A DNA stretch of 64,000 nucleotides from Actinomycetota bacterium (GTDB lineage Bacteria; Actinomycetota; Actinomycetes; Nanopelagicales; Nanopelagicaceae). The position numbers and the translations under genes are program-made. Within the stretch, counting starts at the first letter, position 1. Each line of letters begins with the position of its first letter. Below the pieces are notes generated by a model, which saw only the letters and a list, made by a program, of their open reading frames with translations, had not been told where the DNA came from and did no database searches. The DNA is taken from the NCBI GenBank assembly GCA_947450175.1, contig CANFUR010000001.1, positions 406 through 64,405 of the forward strand, given 5' to 3'. Positions 49,439 through 58,165 of the stretch are shown here, one piece after another.

Positions 49439-50339
49439 ATTTGCTCTTGCCGTAGATGTTGGCGCAACGAAGGTGGCTATAGCCACTATTGGTGAAGATT
49501 TTTCAGTGCATCAAAAGCAGGAAGTTCTTACGCGTGCCGACAATGGTGCACAATTATGGTCAAGCATTGAAAAAGTCATACAAGAGTTTTTGAAATCCGA
49601 ATCTGGCACACTCATTGGAATTGGTGTTGCTTCAGCTGGCCCACTCAATATTCTTAACGGAACCTTATCCCCTGTAAACATTCCAATTTGGCGTGATTTC
49701 CCAATCATTGACCACCTCAAAAAGATGTCTGGCGATAAAAAAGTTGTACTCCATGGAGATGCATTAGCCCTAGCCCATGCAGAACACAGAATTGGTGCCG
49801 GTCGGGGTTTAAAAAATATGTTGGGAATGGTTGTCTCAACAGGTATTGGTGGCGGATTAATTCTTGATGGAAAAGTTTTTAGAGGCGAAACTGGAAACTC
49901 ATGCTACATCGGCCATCACTCCATAAATTTTGAAGGACGGATGTGCGCATGCGGTCGCCGTGGTTGCGTTGAAGCCTATGCAAGTGGGCCGCAGATGGTT
50001 GCAATTGCCCATGAAAACGGTTGGAATCCCAATTTAGATAGTTTTATTGATTTAGCCCAATCAGCACGTGAAGGAAATGCAGTTGCCATTGATGCAATAT
50101 CGCAAGGTACACGCGCACTGTCTATTGGAATTGTTAATTTTGTTGGAACTCTTGACATCAACCACGTAGTAATTGGTGGTGGCGTTGCTCAAGCAGGCGA
50201 AATTTTCTGGAATCCCCTTCAGAAGCACATTAAAACCGAATCAAAGGCGATTGGGTTCCTTAAAGATGTCCATCTACATAAAGCCGAACTACAAAGAGAT
50301 GCCGGAGTACTAGGCGCAGCTCTTGCAGTTTTGAATTAG
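49431..50339 (+). CDS. ROK family sugar kinase
   Basis: ATP motif LAVDVGATKV and the ROK zinc motif CACGRRGCVEAY. I chose the ATG at 49431 (GAAGGA RBS) over the GTG at 49407. Confidence 0.85.
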   Translation: MSKFALAVDVGATKVAIATIGEDFSVHQKQEVLTRADNGAQLWSSIEKVIQEFLKSESGTLIGIGVASAGPLNILNGTLSPVNIPIWRDFPIIDHLKKMSGDKKVVLHGDALALAHAEHRIGAGRGLKNMLGMVVSTGIGGGLILDGKVFRGETGNSCYIGHHSINFEGRMCACGRRGCVEAYASGPQMVAIAHENGWNPNLDSFIDLAQSAREGNAVAIDAISQGTRALSIGIVNFVGTLDINHVVIGGGVAQAGEIFWNPLQKHIKTESKAIGFLKDVHLHKAELQRDAGVLGAALAVLN

Positions 50340-50349
50340 GAGAAACGTT

Positions 50350-50700
50350 ATGGAACTCGAAAAATCTGAACGCCCCTGGGGGCGCTATGAAGTCCTACAG
50401 GAATCACCAACACATAAGGTCAAATGCATTTGGGTCTCCCCTGGTAAGAGACTGTCTTACCAACGCCACCAAAAACGCGCAGAGCATTGGTTTATTGTTC
50501 AAGGAACTGCATTGGTCACTATCGATGGTCAAGACCGCACATTGGGATCTGGATCCACCGTTGATTTTGCAATTGGTGTACTCCACCGCATTGCCAATAT
50601 CGGTAACGATGATGTGATCTTCGTAGAAGTTCAAACTGGCACTTACTTTGGTGAGGATGACATTGAACGCGTTGAGGATGATTTTGGACGTCAACAATGA
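50350..50700 (+). CDS. cupin-domain protein, type II phosphomannose isomerase-like
   Basis: 116 aa. ERPWGRYEVL...SYQRHQKRAEHWFIVQGTALVTIDG resembles the PMI domain of bifunctional ManC enzymes. Confidence 0.6.
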   Translation: MELEKSERPWGRYEVLQESPTHKVKCIWVSPGKRLSYQRHQKRAEHWFIVQGTALVTIDGQDRTLGSGSTVDFAIGVLHRIANIGNDDVIFVEVQTGTYFGEDDIERVEDDFGRQQ

Positions 50701-53225
50701 ATATAACGCGTGAACTTAAATCAACCTGGACCTTAAAACTAACCCCTCGCCTTGATGCATGGGATATCGAGCCAGTAACCGATGGACACAATGCTTGGCG
50801 TAATGATCCTACAAAGATTGTTCGCAAAGAGCTACCAACTTCCTTTAAAGCAACAGTGCCCGGTTGCATTCACACAGATTTGATTGAAGCAGGATTTATT
50901 GACGATATTTCTATCAACGGAAAAGAGCAGGACCAATTTTGGATTTGGAAAACCGATAGCGTTTATTCGACTGTTTTACCCAAAGATAGTTCTGGTGGAC
51001 ATAAGGATTTAGTGTTCAAAGGTTTAGACACCATTGCAACAATTTCAATTAACGGTGCTGTCCGTATGACAACAAAAAATATGCATCGCTCATATCGCTT
51101 AGATATCTCAGAGGAGATTTCAAAAGGCGATGTTGCACTAGACATTGCTTTTAAAGCACCTCTTACTGATGCCGAAGAGCATGTTGCAGAGCTAGGTCTT
51201 TATCCTCGCCCATACGACATGCCTTATAACTATCAGCGAAAGATGGCCTGTAGCTATGGCTGGGATTGGGGTCCTATTACGGTCACATCAGGAATCTGGA
51301 AACCAATTCAGATTCATGCATGGGATGTTGCCTATGTCGATCACTTAGCCGTAACACCTACAGTTGAAAATAACATTCCTTCTTTTGATTTGGATATACC
51401 AGTTAAGGGCGACCTTCGTGGCCTTTCAGCCGTAGTTCGCGTAATTGGTGCCGACGGGGGCGCGCCACTTATCAGTGAAAAACTGAATATTCATGGCTCA
51501 GCTTTTAAAGAAACCATCACAGTTGCGCAAGCAAAAATCTGGCACCCAAGGGGCCGAGGCGAACAACCTTTGTATACCGTTGAGTTTGATTTACTTGATG
51601 CCAATGGACAACTTCTTGAAACTCATTCTCGCCGAATAGGGTTTAGAAAAGTAGAACTAGATTCCTCCGCAATTAGTGATACTAAGAATCTTTTTGCAAT
51701 AAAGGTAAATGGAGAACGTCTTTGGATTCGCGGGGCAAACTGGATTCCAGATGATCCGTTTCCTACCCGTGTAACAAAAGAGCGCTACCAGCAGCGCATC
51801 AAGGACATGCTTGAAGTTAACATCAATGGAATCCGCGTATGGGGTGGCGGAATTTATGAATCCGAGGATTTCTACAATTTCTGTGATGAAGAAGGAATTG
51901 TTGTTTGGCAGGATTTCCTCTTTGCATGTGCGGCCTATCCAGAAACACCTGAAATGTTTGAAGAGGTAGCCGCTGAAGTTGAAGAAAATGTTCGCCGTTT
52001 GTCTTCTCATCCAAGTTTGGTTATCTGGTGTGGTGGAAACGAATGCCTAGAAGGTTTTCAATATTGGGGCTGGCAACCCGACCTTGCAGGACGTCCTTGG
52101 GGCGAAACCTTCTACCGTCAAACTATTCCCAACACATTAAAGAGTATTGATAACTCTCGTCCGTACATTCCTGGTTCACCTTTTTCAACTCACAGCGATG
52201 ATGTTCGCAATTTTGATTCTGGTACTAACCATATTTGGGATGTATGGAATGAAACCGGCTACGAACGATATGAGCAGTACAGCCCATCTTTTGCTGCTGA
52301 ATTTGGATTCAATGGCCCTGGTTCTTGGTCAATGCTCACACGTGCAATTGGCAGTTCTGATCTGGATTCAACGACTCCAGAGGTTGCTTACTATCAACGC
52401 GCATTTGATGGCATGACCAAGATTGCCGCAGGGCTTTCTCGCGAGTTCGCTAAACCCCCTACCGCCGGACATGCTTGGTATTTTGCGGCAGCACTTGATC
52501 AAGCGCGCGCTGTAGAGATTGGTTTAAAGCACTTTAGAAGCCTGTATGAAAGCTGTTCTGGCTCAATTTTGTGGCAGTTCAACGACATGTGGCCAGCAAT
52601 TAGCTGGGCGGTCCTAGACCATACTGGTTTTAGAAAGCTTGCTTGGCATGCCATGAAAGCGGCATATCGCCCACGCACATTAATTATTGGGCGAGTTGAT
52701 CAAGGGGCTCAAATAACTTTGCTCAATGATCATCCAGATCCATGGAAGCCACGGGTTGAAGTATTTCTGATTAACCATGTTGGCGCAGTCATTAACACTC
52801 ATCTCCTTGAAGTTGAGTTAGATCGCTACGGTGTTTTTAGGACTCCTGCAACAGAGATATTCCCAGAAATTGCCAGCGGAAGTTTTGAAGGTTTTATTTT
52901 GGCCACGTGTCCAGAAGTTCGAGTTTCCCGCCGAACAACACTCAATCCTGCAGCAGAGGCACCTCAACACGATCTTGAGTACTTTGCAAAAATAGTTGAT
53001 GGAAAACTACTCGTTGATGTTACGGCTAAAACATACATTCACGAACTTTCTATACTTCCAGAAATTATTGCACTAGGAACGCAGATAGATTCTCAAAATG
53101 TATCTCTGCTCCCAGGTGAAAACCATGTATTTACAGTCTCAGGAAAACCTGAAGACTTAGCAAAGATTTCACAATCAGTTGAGGCTATTTTGTGGTCTCA
53201 CAACAGAATCGTTAGTGGCGCATGA
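50697..53225 (+). CDS. glycoside hydrolase family 2, beta-mannosidase-like (cytoplasmic)
   Basis: 842 aa with GANWIPDD, the acid/base region WCGGNE and the nucleophile region FAAEFGF. No signal peptide. Confidence 0.8.
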   Translation: MNITRELKSTWTLKLTPRLDAWDIEPVTDGHNAWRNDPTKIVRKELPTSFKATVPGCIHTDLIEAGFIDDISINGKEQDQFWIWKTDSVYSTVLPKDSSGGHKDLVFKGLDTIATISINGAVRMTTKNMHRSYRLDISEEISKGDVALDIAFKAPLTDAEEHVAELGLYPRPYDMPYNYQRKMACSYGWDWGPITVTSGIWKPIQIHAWDVAYVDHLAVTPTVENNIPSFDLDIPVKGDLRGLSAVVRVIGADGGAPLISEKLNIHGSAFKETITVAQAKIWHPRGRGEQPLYTVEFDLLDANGQLLETHSRRIGFRKVELDSSAISDTKNLFAIKVNGERLWIRGANWIPDDPFPTRVTKERYQQRIKDMLEVNINGIRVWGGGIYESEDFYNFCDEEGIVVWQDFLFACAAYPETPEMFEEVAAEVEENVRRLSSHPSLVIWCGGNECLEGFQYWGWQPDLAGRPWGETFYRQTIPNTLKSIDNSRPYIPGSPFSTHSDDVRNFDSGTNHIWDVWNETGYERYEQYSPSFAAEFGFNGPGSWSMLTRAIGSSDLDSTTPEVAYYQRAFDGMTKIAAGLSREFAKPPTAGHAWYFAAALDQARAVEIGLKHFRSLYESCSGSILWQFNDMWPAISWAVLDHTGFRKLAWHAMKAAYRPRTLIIGRVDQGAQITLLNDHPDPWKPRVEVFLINHVGAVINTHLLEVELDRYGVFRTPATEIFPEIASGSFEGFILATCPEVRVSRRTTLNPAAEAPQHDLEYFAKIVDGKLLVDVTAKTYIHELSILPEIIALGTQIDSQNVSLLPGENHVFTVSGKPEDLAKISQSVEAILWSHNRIVSGA

Positions 53226-54598
53226 AAATAGTAATTGATGGCGCTGGCGCAAAAAATGATGGCGTTTTCAACAATGCCGCCATCATCAATGGCGCTATTG
53301 ATTCCGTGCACAAAGCCGGTGGTGGTCAGGTAGTCGTCCCGTCAGGGGGCATTTACCTGTCAGGAAGCATTGAAATAAAGGCCAACGTTGATCTGCATCT
53401 TGAGTCAGGTGCAACATTACGTGCAAGCAGTGACTACGCCGATTACACGGCACAACACAATATAAAGTCTCTAACCGGTGGAACTGTCGATGAGTTTGTT
53501 CTACCGCAACGTGCCTTCATCTGCGCCTACAAGGCGCACAACGCCCGTATTTCAGGCCATGGAACTATCGATGGCAATGCTGACGGATTTATTGCAGAAC
53601 GTGGTCGCTACATACATAAAATGCGCGGACCTATTGGCGGTAAAGACCAATACCTTGAGCGCCCATTTACGGTCTTTATGATTGAATGCAAAAACTTAAC
53701 TATCAGAGATGTAGTTATTAAAGACCCAGCTTTTTGGGCAGTACGCACAACTGGATGCAATGAGCTTTTAATCGATGGGATTCGAATCCTTACCGACCTC
53801 ATGGTTCCAAATGCTGATGGCGTTGATATTGATCGTTGTCAAAACGTGCGCATAGTCAACTGCGAGTTTGTCACTGCCGATGACTGTATTTCTTTAAAAT
53901 CTTGTTCTCAAACTTCGCAATACGGAGATGTTGCAAATATTGTGATCTCTAACTGCATTATGACCTCAACTTCAGGTGCTATAACTTTGGGCACCGAATC
54001 TGTTGGTGATATTAAAAATGTTCTGGTCAGCAACTGCATCATTAAAGATTCTCATCGCGGTTTTGCAGTTCGAGCCCGTGAAGGTGGAACAATTTCAAAT
54101 GTTCGCTTTTCAAACTCACTTGTTCACACTCGAACCTTCAGTGATATGTGGTGGGGACATGGCGAAGCACTTCATGTAACTGCATTCTCTTGGGATGATC
54201 CTTCTAAAGGAACCGATGGCAATATCGAACGAACCATGGAAGGTTTTGTTCGTGACATAACTTTTGAAAATATCACCTGCCACACCGAAGCCGGCATTTT
54301 AAATTATGCCGCCCACCCAGAACTCATTAAAGGTGTGACTTATCGAAACGTAGAGGTTCACATGCAAAAGGAGTCCAAATGGGAGCCTCGCATTGATTTA
54401 CGCCCTAATGGAATCGAATCGGTTTTGCATCGCAAACACAACGCATTTGAAATCTTTAACGTCTCAAATCTTGAATTAGATAACTGCAGTGTTATTTGGG
54501 ATAAAGCCTCACGCGATAGCTATGGTGAAGCCGTTGTTGAATCTAATTCGGTCAATGTTTCTGCTACAAATTTCGCTGAAATAATTCGCGGGGATTAA
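53222..54598 (+). CDS. glycoside hydrolase family 28-like beta-helix protein (cytoplasmic)
   Basis: 458 aa. PNADGVDIDRCQNVRIVNCEFVTADDCISLKS matches the GH28 N-x-DG-x-D / DDC pattern, with repetitive beta-helix turns. Confidence 0.7.
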   Translation: MKIVIDGAGAKNDGVFNNAAIINGAIDSVHKAGGGQVVVPSGGIYLSGSIEIKANVDLHLESGATLRASSDYADYTAQHNIKSLTGGTVDEFVLPQRAFICAYKAHNARISGHGTIDGNADGFIAERGRYIHKMRGPIGGKDQYLERPFTVFMIECKNLTIRDVVIKDPAFWAVRTTGCNELLIDGIRILTDLMVPNADGVDIDRCQNVRIVNCEFVTADDCISLKSCSQTSQYGDVANIVISNCIMTSTSGAITLGTESVGDIKNVLVSNCIIKDSHRGFAVRAREGGTISNVRFSNSLVHTRTFSDMWWGHGEALHVTAFSWDDPSKGTDGNIERTMEGFVRDITFENITCHTEAGILNYAAHPELIKGVTYRNVEVHMQKESKWEPRIDLRPNGIESVLHRKHNAFEIFNVSNLELDNCSVIWDKASRDSYGEAVVESNSVNVSATNFAEIIRGD

Positions 54599-54599
54599 A

Positions 54600-55706
54600 G
54601 TGGCAGCAACGCAAGTGCGCAAAGATATCCAAGTTCTGCGCGCCTTTGCGGTCTTGCTAGTCGTCGCCGGTCATCTTTTCCCCAGTGTTGTTAAAGGTGG
54701 CTTCATCGGCGTTGATATCTTCTTTGTGATTTCTGGCTTCGTCATTACTCAGCAGATGCTCAAGAATTACCTAACTTCTGAAAAATCCTTCCTTATTAAT
54801 TTCTACGCCAGAAGAATTCGCCGGATCCTGCCAAGTGCATTGCTGGTCACGCTAGCCACAATCTGGGCCGCCGACAGGTTCTTAGGCCCTGTCGTGTCTA
54901 ATAACGCAAAACTGGATGGCGGCTGGGCAACTATTTTCTTGAGTAACTTTCATTTTCAGGCCAACGCACTTGATTACTTTGCAGCTGGTACTCAAGTTTC
55001 TCCTCTGCAGCACTTTTGGTCATTGTCCATTGAGGAACAGTTCTATCTTTTATGGCCAACGATATTTATTCTGCTATTTGTACGTGCCACCACATTGCGA
55101 ACCAAGCAAGTATTGCTGTCAATCATCATTGGGCTGTCTCTCTTTGCCGCGCTCTATCAGAGCATGGTCAGCCAATCCCCCATATTCTTTTCAACTTCCA
55201 CCAGAATCTGGGAACTTGCAGCTGGAGCTTTGCTTGCTATTACCTCTAAATCGATTTCCTTTCCCAGATTGTTAGCACCGTTTCTTGTTCTCGTTTTATG
55301 CGCCAGTGCCTTCTTGATCCCACAAAGCATGCAGTGGCCACGATTGACTACGATTCCAATTGTTTTAGCCACACTTATTCTTCTGACTAGAAATGCACGA
55401 ATTACTTCTTTTCCATTACTAGAAAATAAAACTGCTGCCTATATTGGCGATCTTTCCTACATTATTTACTTATGGCATTGGCCCGTGCTGGTAATCACTA
55501 AGGGTTATTACGCTCAGTTTGGTTGGCAAGAAATAGCCCTTGTTATAGGGATTACCGCACTTCTATCTGTGATTACTCATCATTTTTACGAAAACCCAAT
55601 TCGATATTCACATGCACTTATTAACCGTCCAGTGATGAGCGTTGCGATAGGTGTTCTAGCCATCTCTGCAACATCACTCACGCTTTTTACACGATATCAA
55701 GGATAA
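54600..55706 (+). CDS. acyltransferase family 3 membrane protein (O-acyltransferase)
   Basis: 368 aa with about 10 TM helices and the N-terminal DIQVLRAFAVLLVVAGH motif. The GTG start is 1 nt after the GH28 stop. Confidence 0.85.
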   Translation: MAATQVRKDIQVLRAFAVLLVVAGHLFPSVVKGGFIGVDIFFVISGFVITQQMLKNYLTSEKSFLINFYARRIRRILPSALLVTLATIWAADRFLGPVVSNNAKLDGGWATIFLSNFHFQANALDYFAAGTQVSPLQHFWSLSIEEQFYLLWPTIFILLFVRATTLRTKQVLLSIIIGLSLFAALYQSMVSQSPIFFSTSTRIWELAAGALLAITSKSISFPRLLAPFLVLVLCASAFLIPQSMQWPRLTTIPIVLATLILLTRNARITSFPLLENKTAAYIGDLSYIIYLWHWPVLVITKGYYAQFGWQEIALVIGITALLSVITHHFYENPIRYSHALINRPVMSVAIGVLAISATSLTLFTRYQG

Positions 55707-55719
55707 GAAAAGAGCCCAC

Positions 55720-56748
55720 ATGAAACGTCTACTTGCCGCAACTTTGCTGGTCTGCCTATTTTTGCCAACTCCGACGGCACTGGCTGCGACAAAACTGGGC
55801 AGTCCATGTCCAACTATTAACAAAACGGTGAGCGAGAAAGACCAGAGCTTTATATGCCAGCAATCAGGTAAAAAGAAGACTTGGCAACTACTGAGCGCAG
55901 ATATGAAAATCAAAATTGAAGTAACGAAAGCAATAAATATAAGCGTCGTACCAAAATCTGTTACGGCAACAATACTCCAGGCAAGAAAAGATAAGAGTCC
56001 TTGGTTAGATCAAGAATGCTCCGTAGATTTTGCATCAACGGATACCCCTGTCTGTGAAGCAGGAGATTTGAGTTCGAAGAAGTTAATTGTTCTCTATGGA
56101 GACTCGCATGCTTCGATGTGGATGAGCGCATTAGATGTAATTGCCAAAAAGAATGGTTACAAAGTTCGCCTCTTTGCAAAGCTAGCCTGTCCTTTGGTTG
56201 AAGTTCCCATCTGGAGCTATCAACTCAATAAAGCATTCAGTGAGTGCACCCAATGGCAACAAAAGGTCTATCCACTTATAAGCGCACTAGATCCGGCGAT
56301 AGTAATAGTTACCGATCAATGGAAGCCTGCAGTAGTCGATGGAGCGAAATCTGATTTTGATACACCATTCATGTGGGAAAAAGAGTTCCCAGTTGCAATG
56401 TCTCGTATTTCAAAGATGGCGCCGAAGGTTTTTGTTGTGGGAAATAACCCAAGCCTGACTCAAGATCCCGTTGATTGTGCCAGTAAACCCAATGTCACCC
56501 TTTCCCTTTGCACGGCCGGTCGCACGCAGGCAGATAATGCTAAATACAACGCTATAGAAGCTAAGGCAGCTAAAACTGTTGGTGCAACCTATATCGACAC
56601 GGTTGCATGGGCATGTACTGATTCATTGTGCCCAATTGTGATTAATTCAAAGCTTGCCTACTTTGATCAATGGCATTTTTCGCAAAGTTATATCAAGTTT
56701 TTGACTCCAGCACTTGAAAATAGATTAGCAAGTGCATTGAAGGGCTAG
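55720..56748 (+). CDS. secreted SGNH-hydrolase-like protein (stand-alone counterpart of the OafA C-terminal domain)
   Basis: Signal peptide MKRLLAATLLVCLFLPTPTALAA. It has a GDSH block (VLYGDSHASMW) and many paired Cys. Confidence 0.55.
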   Translation: MKRLLAATLLVCLFLPTPTALAATKLGSPCPTINKTVSEKDQSFICQQSGKKKTWQLLSADMKIKIEVTKAINISVVPKSVTATILQARKDKSPWLDQECSVDFASTDTPVCEAGDLSSKKLIVLYGDSHASMWMSALDVIAKKNGYKVRLFAKLACPLVEVPIWSYQLNKAFSECTQWQQKVYPLISALDPAIVIVTDQWKPAVVDGAKSDFDTPFMWEKEFPVAMSRISKMAPKVFVVGNNPSLTQDPVDCASKPNVTLSLCTAGRTQADNAKYNAIEAKAAKTVGATYIDTVAWACTDSLCPIVINSKLAYFDQWHFSQSYIKFLTPALENRLASALKG

Positions 56749-56784
56749 ATTTTTAAAGAGGATTGTGCTTAAAAAAATAAGTAA

Positions 56785-57444
56785 TTAATTTATTGCGCGA
56801 GTAACAATCACACGGGCCTGATCGCCGTAATGCACGCTTCCTGGTTCGTAAACATCGATGCGCAAAATTTCAGGTTCAGTTATTGCACCAAGTAAAACCA
56901 ATGAATCCAACTTTGCAGCAAAAGCCTTTGCCTCAAAATGTTCATTGTTAACTCCCACAACTAACCAACCGTTATTTGCAAGTAAGGGCAATAAGTTGCG
57001 CAAGCATTCAGGACCTAAATGGCCATGAGTGAAAGTGCCTGAACTAATCAAAGCTTCATAGGGCGCATTTTCGTTGAGAACATCTTGAGTTAAATCTCGT
57101 TCATATAACTGGCGATAAACAGCACTGCCATTGGTGCGCGTTTTTAGAGCGGCTTGCTCCAACATCTCTGGCGAAATATCCATTCCATCTAAAACTACAT
57201 CTGGTCGTAAACGCGATAAATACATGCCCGTCAGCCCCGTACCCGTACCAATGTCGAGCACGCGGGCAACTGAATCAGTAACTACTTGATCAAATACTTC
57301 GCTGATTGCTTTGGGATATCGATACTGCTTGGCATCTACAAAAGAAGAGTCATACGTTGCAGCCCACTTTGCATACAACCGCTTATTATCTTCTGGGCTT
57401 TGAACCGAATAAGCCTCATCTAAGCCAAGTGCATCATCGCTCAT
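56785..57444 (-). CDS. class I SAM-dependent methyltransferase
   Basis: Start at ATG 57444 (MSDDALGL). Motif I is VLDIGTGTGLTG. It lies 10 nt downstream of the response-regulator gene. Confidence 0.75.
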   Translation of the reverse strand: MSDDALGLDEAYSVQSPEDNKRLYAKWAATYDSSFVDAKQYRYPKAISEVFDQVVTDSVARVLDIGTGTGLTGMYLSRLRPDVVLDGMDISPEMLEQAALKTRTNGSAVYRQLYERDLTQDVLNENAPYEALISSGTFTHGHLGPECLRNLLPLLANNGWLVVGVNNEHFEAKAFAAKLDSLVLLGAITEPEILRIDVYEPGSVHYGDQARVIVTRAIN

Positions 57445-57454
57445 GCCGATTAGA

Positions 57455-58165
57455 TTACTCCTGAACTGGCTCCGGCTCAGATTCTGGATAAAAGAGTTTG
57501 TACCCAACTGCGCGAACAGCTGAAATAACCTTCGGTCCACCAGCGCCCTTGATTTTAATTCGAAGGCGAGAAGCATGGGTATCTAATAAATGATCACTTG
57601 AAAAATCACTGGACCCACCGATTGCCGATAAGACTTGATCTCTAGTAAATACGCGCTTTGGTTGGTGCATCAATAATTCAATGAAATCAAACTCTGTCCG
57701 CGTTAGTGGCACGATTGCAGTACCTACCCGTAGTTCATGACTTATTAAATCAAGGGTTAATCCCCCAGCTTTTAGAAGTGTTATCTCTTGAACTTCACTT
57801 GCGCCACGTCGGCGAAGTTGATTGCCCACCCGTAAATTCAAAATTCGTGGTGAAACTGGTTTGCGGATGTAATCATCGGCACCTGCTGCCAAACACATTG
57901 CTTCATCAACTTCATCTGCCCGACTTGTCAGCATAATGATAGGAACCGAAGACTCTGCACGAATCATTCGACAGACTTCAAAACCATCGGGCTGCCCAAT
58001 ACCGATATCTAAAATAACAAGTGAAGGGTTTTGAGATTTGAAAACCTCATAGGCCGCAATCCCATCAGCTGCTTCAAGAACACGATATCCCTCATCTTCA
58101 AGAGAAATCTTCACAAAAGCGCGAACATCCTCATTGTCATCTACAACTAAAACATTTACTTTCAT
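57455..58165 (-). CDS. OmpR-family response regulator
   Basis: REC domain (VVDDNEDV, LVILDIG, KP) plus a winged-helix output (LTRTEFDFIELL, VRAVGYKL). It overlaps the kinase gene by 4 nt. Confidence 0.9.
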   Translation of the reverse strand: MKVNVLVVDDNEDVRAFVKISLEDEGYRVLEAADGIAAYEVFKSQNPSLVILDIGIGQPDGFEVCRMIRAESSVPIIMLTSRADEVDEAMCLAAGADDYIRKPVSPRILNLRVGNQLRRRGASEVQEITLLKAGGLTLDLISHELRVGTAIVPLTRTEFDFIELLMHQPKRVFTRDQVLSAIGGSSDFSSDHLLDTHASRLRIKIKGAGGPKVISAVRAVGYKLFYPESEPEPVQE

